NCBI RefSeq assembly: GCF_006345805.1
Contig: NC_043006.1
Location: forward strand, 7,936,001 to 8,000,000
Length of the DNA stretch: 64,000 nucleotides
Origin: Octopus sinensis
Lineage: Eukaryota
Reading direction: 5' to 3'
Position numbers and translations under genes: made by a program
In this document: positions 60,279 to 64,000 of the stretch, in pieces
How positions within the stretch are numbered: the first letter of the stretch is position 1
Layout: each line of letters opens with the position of its first letter
Notes under the pieces: generated by a model
What the model saw: only the letters and a program-made list of their open reading frames with translations
Database searches by the model: none
Told to the model about the DNA's origin: nothing

Positions 60279-61861
60279 TACACACTTGTAACACAAGTCA
60301 GAAGTGTGGTAATAATAATGATGATGATAGTGAGGAGGAGGAGAAGATAGTGGTGTTGATGATGATTTCTTTTAAGCGGCCACAGGAGACAGTTTACAAT
60401 TTTGTGGGAGTTTACTTAAAAAGATGAATACAAAACATATGAACATATGGACGATGCAGTTTTCCGGACACAGAATACTCTAATCAGGGAATCACACAGA
60501 TATAGGATTACAGTGTACAATCCCGCGCCTAAATGCTGCTCTTCAATCTATAGGCGCATGTTTAGAGTAGACCCACATGGTTTACCTGAGTTTTTAATAT
60601 CCCAGTCAATACTTCGACAAATATTTCAGCGTGTTTGTAGTTTTGTCTGACGTACGAACTGAAGAAGCAATGAACCGTTTTCAGCTGCAATCCACGTGAC
60701 ATCACAGGCTCTGAGGGAAATGAAAAGTTGTCAGAGATTAAGGTATTGAAGTAAATATAGCTTATGCTTTAACTGACTTAGTGAAAGCAGTTTGCGTTTT
60801 AGAATATGGAATAAATATGTTGTCATTATCAAGCAAACTATCGGAAATTAAAAGCCCTTAGAAAATATATTCTTGGCGAGAATTCAAAGAAATTAGCTTG
60901 TCTGAGTTTATAGCTACACTAGAAATGACGGCAGTCCCATGTGATTTCCCAATATAACGTAGCTGAATTATTAATATCAAAGTTCATATCTGCAGATGAA
61001 CGAAAGTGGAGTGCATTTTAGATATACAGCACTATTCTCGAACCAATTCGCAATCATAAGAAACTACAGTTGATTTAATCGCTGTTCGGTTTTTGGCTTT
61101 TTACAAAATACGGTTTGGAATTATTAGGGAATATGCATTACCTTTTCATATCTGTTTCTCAATCAATAAAGTAGTATTTCCTTTCATTATTTATATATTC
61201 TTACAATTCTGTTGGATTCAGACCTTATTAAATGGTTCTAATCAATAAAACCTTTCGTGAGAAGTCAGGTGTGTTAGCTTCCATGTTCATTCAAAGCGGT
61301 ATACAACAACATCTATGCTTGATATACACCGTTCATCGTTTATTCTGACCAGTGCAGCATCAGAAACTGTTGACCATGATTAAATGCAATTTCTTCCTCT
61401 TTCTTCCCTAATGATGACTAACATAGGGAATTCATACGCAATCTTCATTTTTCTCATGTTTATCGCAATAGAGACATTTATAGGTTGAACTATACAGTAA
61501 CATTACTACAGAGGTTATTTCTTCTGCAAAAGCCAACATTTATATTTAAGCACAAAGATCCTCTTATTTTTCTGTTTTAATTGGGTCCGCTCCAGCGAGT
61601 GCGAATGAATGACGTATGTGTGTGAGAGTGTGTTGTATTGGCATTTGGGTAGGTTTTTATTGAAGGGCAATATTGATTTAAACATAGGAACAAGACCAGA
61701 AATTGATAAGGGGACAACCGATCGATCCCAGTGAAGGGATAAACGGAAAAATTGACTTCGATTTGAACTCAGTATTTTTTTTATTCTTAAGATGCAAGTA
61801 GATACTTATCAGTCAAAGTATAGTGGAAAAATTCTAATCTAGTCAAAATTTATTACGAAAA

Positions 61862-62166
61862 TGGAGGCGCAATGGCCCAGTGGTCAGGCCAGCGGACTCG
61901 CGGTCGGAGGATCGCGGTTTCGATTCCAAGACCGGGCGTTGTGTGTTTATTGAGCCAAAACCCCTAAAAGCTCCACGAGGCTGCGGCAGGGGGTGCTGGC
62001 AACCCCTGTTGTACTCTTTCGCCACAACTTTCTCTCAATTTCTCTTCCTGTTTCTTGAGTAACGCTGCAACGGACTGCCGTCCCGTCCAGCTGGGGGGGG
62101 GGGGACACATACGCCACAGAAACCGGGAAACCGGGCCCATGAGCCTAGCTAGGCTTGAAGAGGGCG
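61862..62166 (+). mobile_element. SINE head A with tail T1
   Basis: tggaggcgcaatggcccagtgg head; gagtaacgctgcaacggactgccgtccc..ctaggcttgaagaggg tail. Confidence 0.9.
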
Positions 62167-62949
62167 ACGTTTATCGTTATTCTATTTACGAAAGGATCCC
62201 CAACCCTATCATCATTATTATTCCCTCTATGCAAATCATGGATGTGAAGGCTTAAATCACCTTTATTTTATTTCATTTATTTATTATTTTTTAAGAGGTA
62301 GAAGTTTGTATAGATGGAACTTTTCGGCTATGGAATTTTTATGAAGGAAATCTTTGTAAATCTCTTTATCCAGTGTACCCTTCCTGACAGGTGGTGATTT
62401 GAGAAAATTCGGTTATTATTTTTTGCAAAGTGGTCTTTTTAAGAATTTCGCATTTACTCATAAAATGATTTAGTAATTATATTTGCAGCTGATGACCAAA
62501 AAGTATAATTCCAATAAATTGAAACCAAGATGCAATTTCAATCACGCGCAGACGCATTTTCATTTCATGTACGAATATTTTTTAAAGAGAAAAACATGAA
62601 ATCGCAAGGCGTTTTACTCGGTCAAACAAAACTATAATTTGTATTGCAGTATAGTTTCTACGACTCCATATATAACATATTTTCATGAACTTCTTCATAA
62701 AATGGTATAATACTTCCAAAAGCGCTAGTAACCTTTAACAGCAATTGCACCAATTTAACCCATAAACGACGGACATCATCAATTCATATATCAGAAAGAA
62801 CAGCAAACATCATCAATTGATGTTTCAAAAATTTTACATAGATATGGCCGTCATCAACTGACATCTGAGAGACTACGTCATCAAGTCACAAATGGAAGAT
62901 TTATACAGCGGAAGAAGTTTTTTTTTTCTAACTTTTCTATCATTATCAG

Positions 62950-63107
62950 ATGAGATAGATGATAATGATGATGATGAGGAGGAGGAGGGGGAGGCTCTTG
63001 ATAGCACAGAAGAAAGTGATGCTTCAACCAGCTTCGAATGGAAAAAGCGCTTCAATCTTTCTGCATTTGTACATTCGTTTGTCAACAACAATGCGGGGAA
63101 ATCTCAT
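62950..63107 (+). CDS. Candidate acidic coding exon, product unknown
   Basis: Branch-like ctaac, pyrimidine tract and tatcag| acceptor; (D)EIDDNDDDEEEEGEALDSTEESDASTSFEWKKRFNLSAFVHSFVNNNAGKSH; possible donor |gtgaat, otherwise stop at 63167. Confidence 0.3.
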
Positions 63108-63739
63108 GTGAATTTATGCTCAAATGATTTTATTGCCCATTTTTTTTTATATATATATATAATCTAAGAGGTTTAAAACATCGTTTTCATAGTTTGCGAA
63201 AATAAGTATCAAAATTATCCTTAAGAAAAAAAAATATTGCTTTTTGTCCATTCGGCACTCTCATTCATACACATTTTTCCCATCGTATTTCATATCATTT
63301 CAACAACAATGTGATCATATTACCAGCAATGGTCTTCTTACGAACGCCATCGCACGAATTCACTCTACTTACGACTTATCTCTATCATGTATTTTATTTT
63401 ATTCTCAAACAAACTCTCATAAATTTACTATTTCCTCCTAAAGTATAGGATTTCTTTGCTTAGGCAATCATTGTACAATAACCGGATTTTTTCCTAGAAT
63501 ATCAATACAATGCTTTATTTCCCTAGTGTAAATCACTACAGAAATTTAACCAATACAACTAATGACGTTGGTGAAAGCATTATTGTCACAATGACAAACT
63601 GAAGCCCTTTCTCTATTAAACGTAGGCAAACGTAAATTAATATCTCTGAAAGTCATGGAAATTCATTTTCGATATCAGTGACTTTTCATCACTGGAAAAA
63701 GGATATATGTATTTGCATTGGGACCCATTCGCATCGAAA

Positions 63740-63952
63740 ACCGGTGATTGTCGTGCGCTGACGACGGGTAAATACTCAGAAACCCGGGTCCACGCGTATC
63801 ACGTCAGGTCGAAGATGGGAAGGATGGCTTCCCTTTGCAAATACTGATAGGGCACAGAAGGTGTGTCAATAGCCAGCTGGAGAAGATGTTCTCCTGTGGC
63901 TACAAGCTACAGCAGCATCCACCCTTAGTGGTTAGCCACATTTAAGTGGCAA
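63740..63952 (+). ncRNA. Family P4 HHR-headed structured element with a canonical-core hammerhead (63752-63796)
   Basis: CGTGCG-CTGACGA-CGGGT-aaat-ACTCA-GAA-ACCCGGGT-C-CACGCG: GUC triplet at 63788-63790; downstream hairpins homologous to 39535-39751. Confidence 0.8.
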
Positions 63953-64000
63953 ATTTACTTCACTTGTTTTAATACCATTAGATGTAAATTAATGTTTTAA

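Noticed and set aside
63898-63960. HDV-like ribozyme at the 3' end of P4, which would make an HHR-RNA-HDV cassette
   Set aside because: CCAC/GTGG and a CAAA after the terminal hairpin are suggestive, but the P1.1 GG and P2 pairing are missing and the other two copies do not support it.

Overview
Eukaryotic, AT-rich, microsatellite-dense intergenic or intronic DNA. The SINE families and the (TA)n/(CATA)n/(GATA)n density suggest an octopus or other cephalopod genome (inference). I see no prokaryotic genes, rRNA/tRNA genes or CRISPR arrays, and no host gene can be named; five candidate exons are low confidence. The window is a layered transposon landscape: a near-intact RTE/BovB-type LINE split by a 19-bp VNTR, two R4/Dong-type RLE LINE 3' fragments in (TAA)n, a degenerate Penelope-like RT, Tx1/L1-like and CR1-like fragments, a Helitron derivative, a pogo-type and several Tc1/mariner-type derivatives, and more than 30 tRNA-type SINE copies or fragments. 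The main unexplained signal is a set of minimal type I hammerhead ribozyme (HHR) motifs, about 11 intact or decayed, in at least four unrelated short-element families. The strongest case is a roughly 215-nt element with three highly diverged copies (18075-18302 +, 39535-39751 -, 63740-63952 +). Its HHR and downstream hairpins show compensatory base changes, and one copy has a U3-A8 core swap. A second notable case is an HHR at the apex of a 107-bp near-perfect hairpin (42985-43239). All folds and alignments were done by eye, and element boundaries are approximate.
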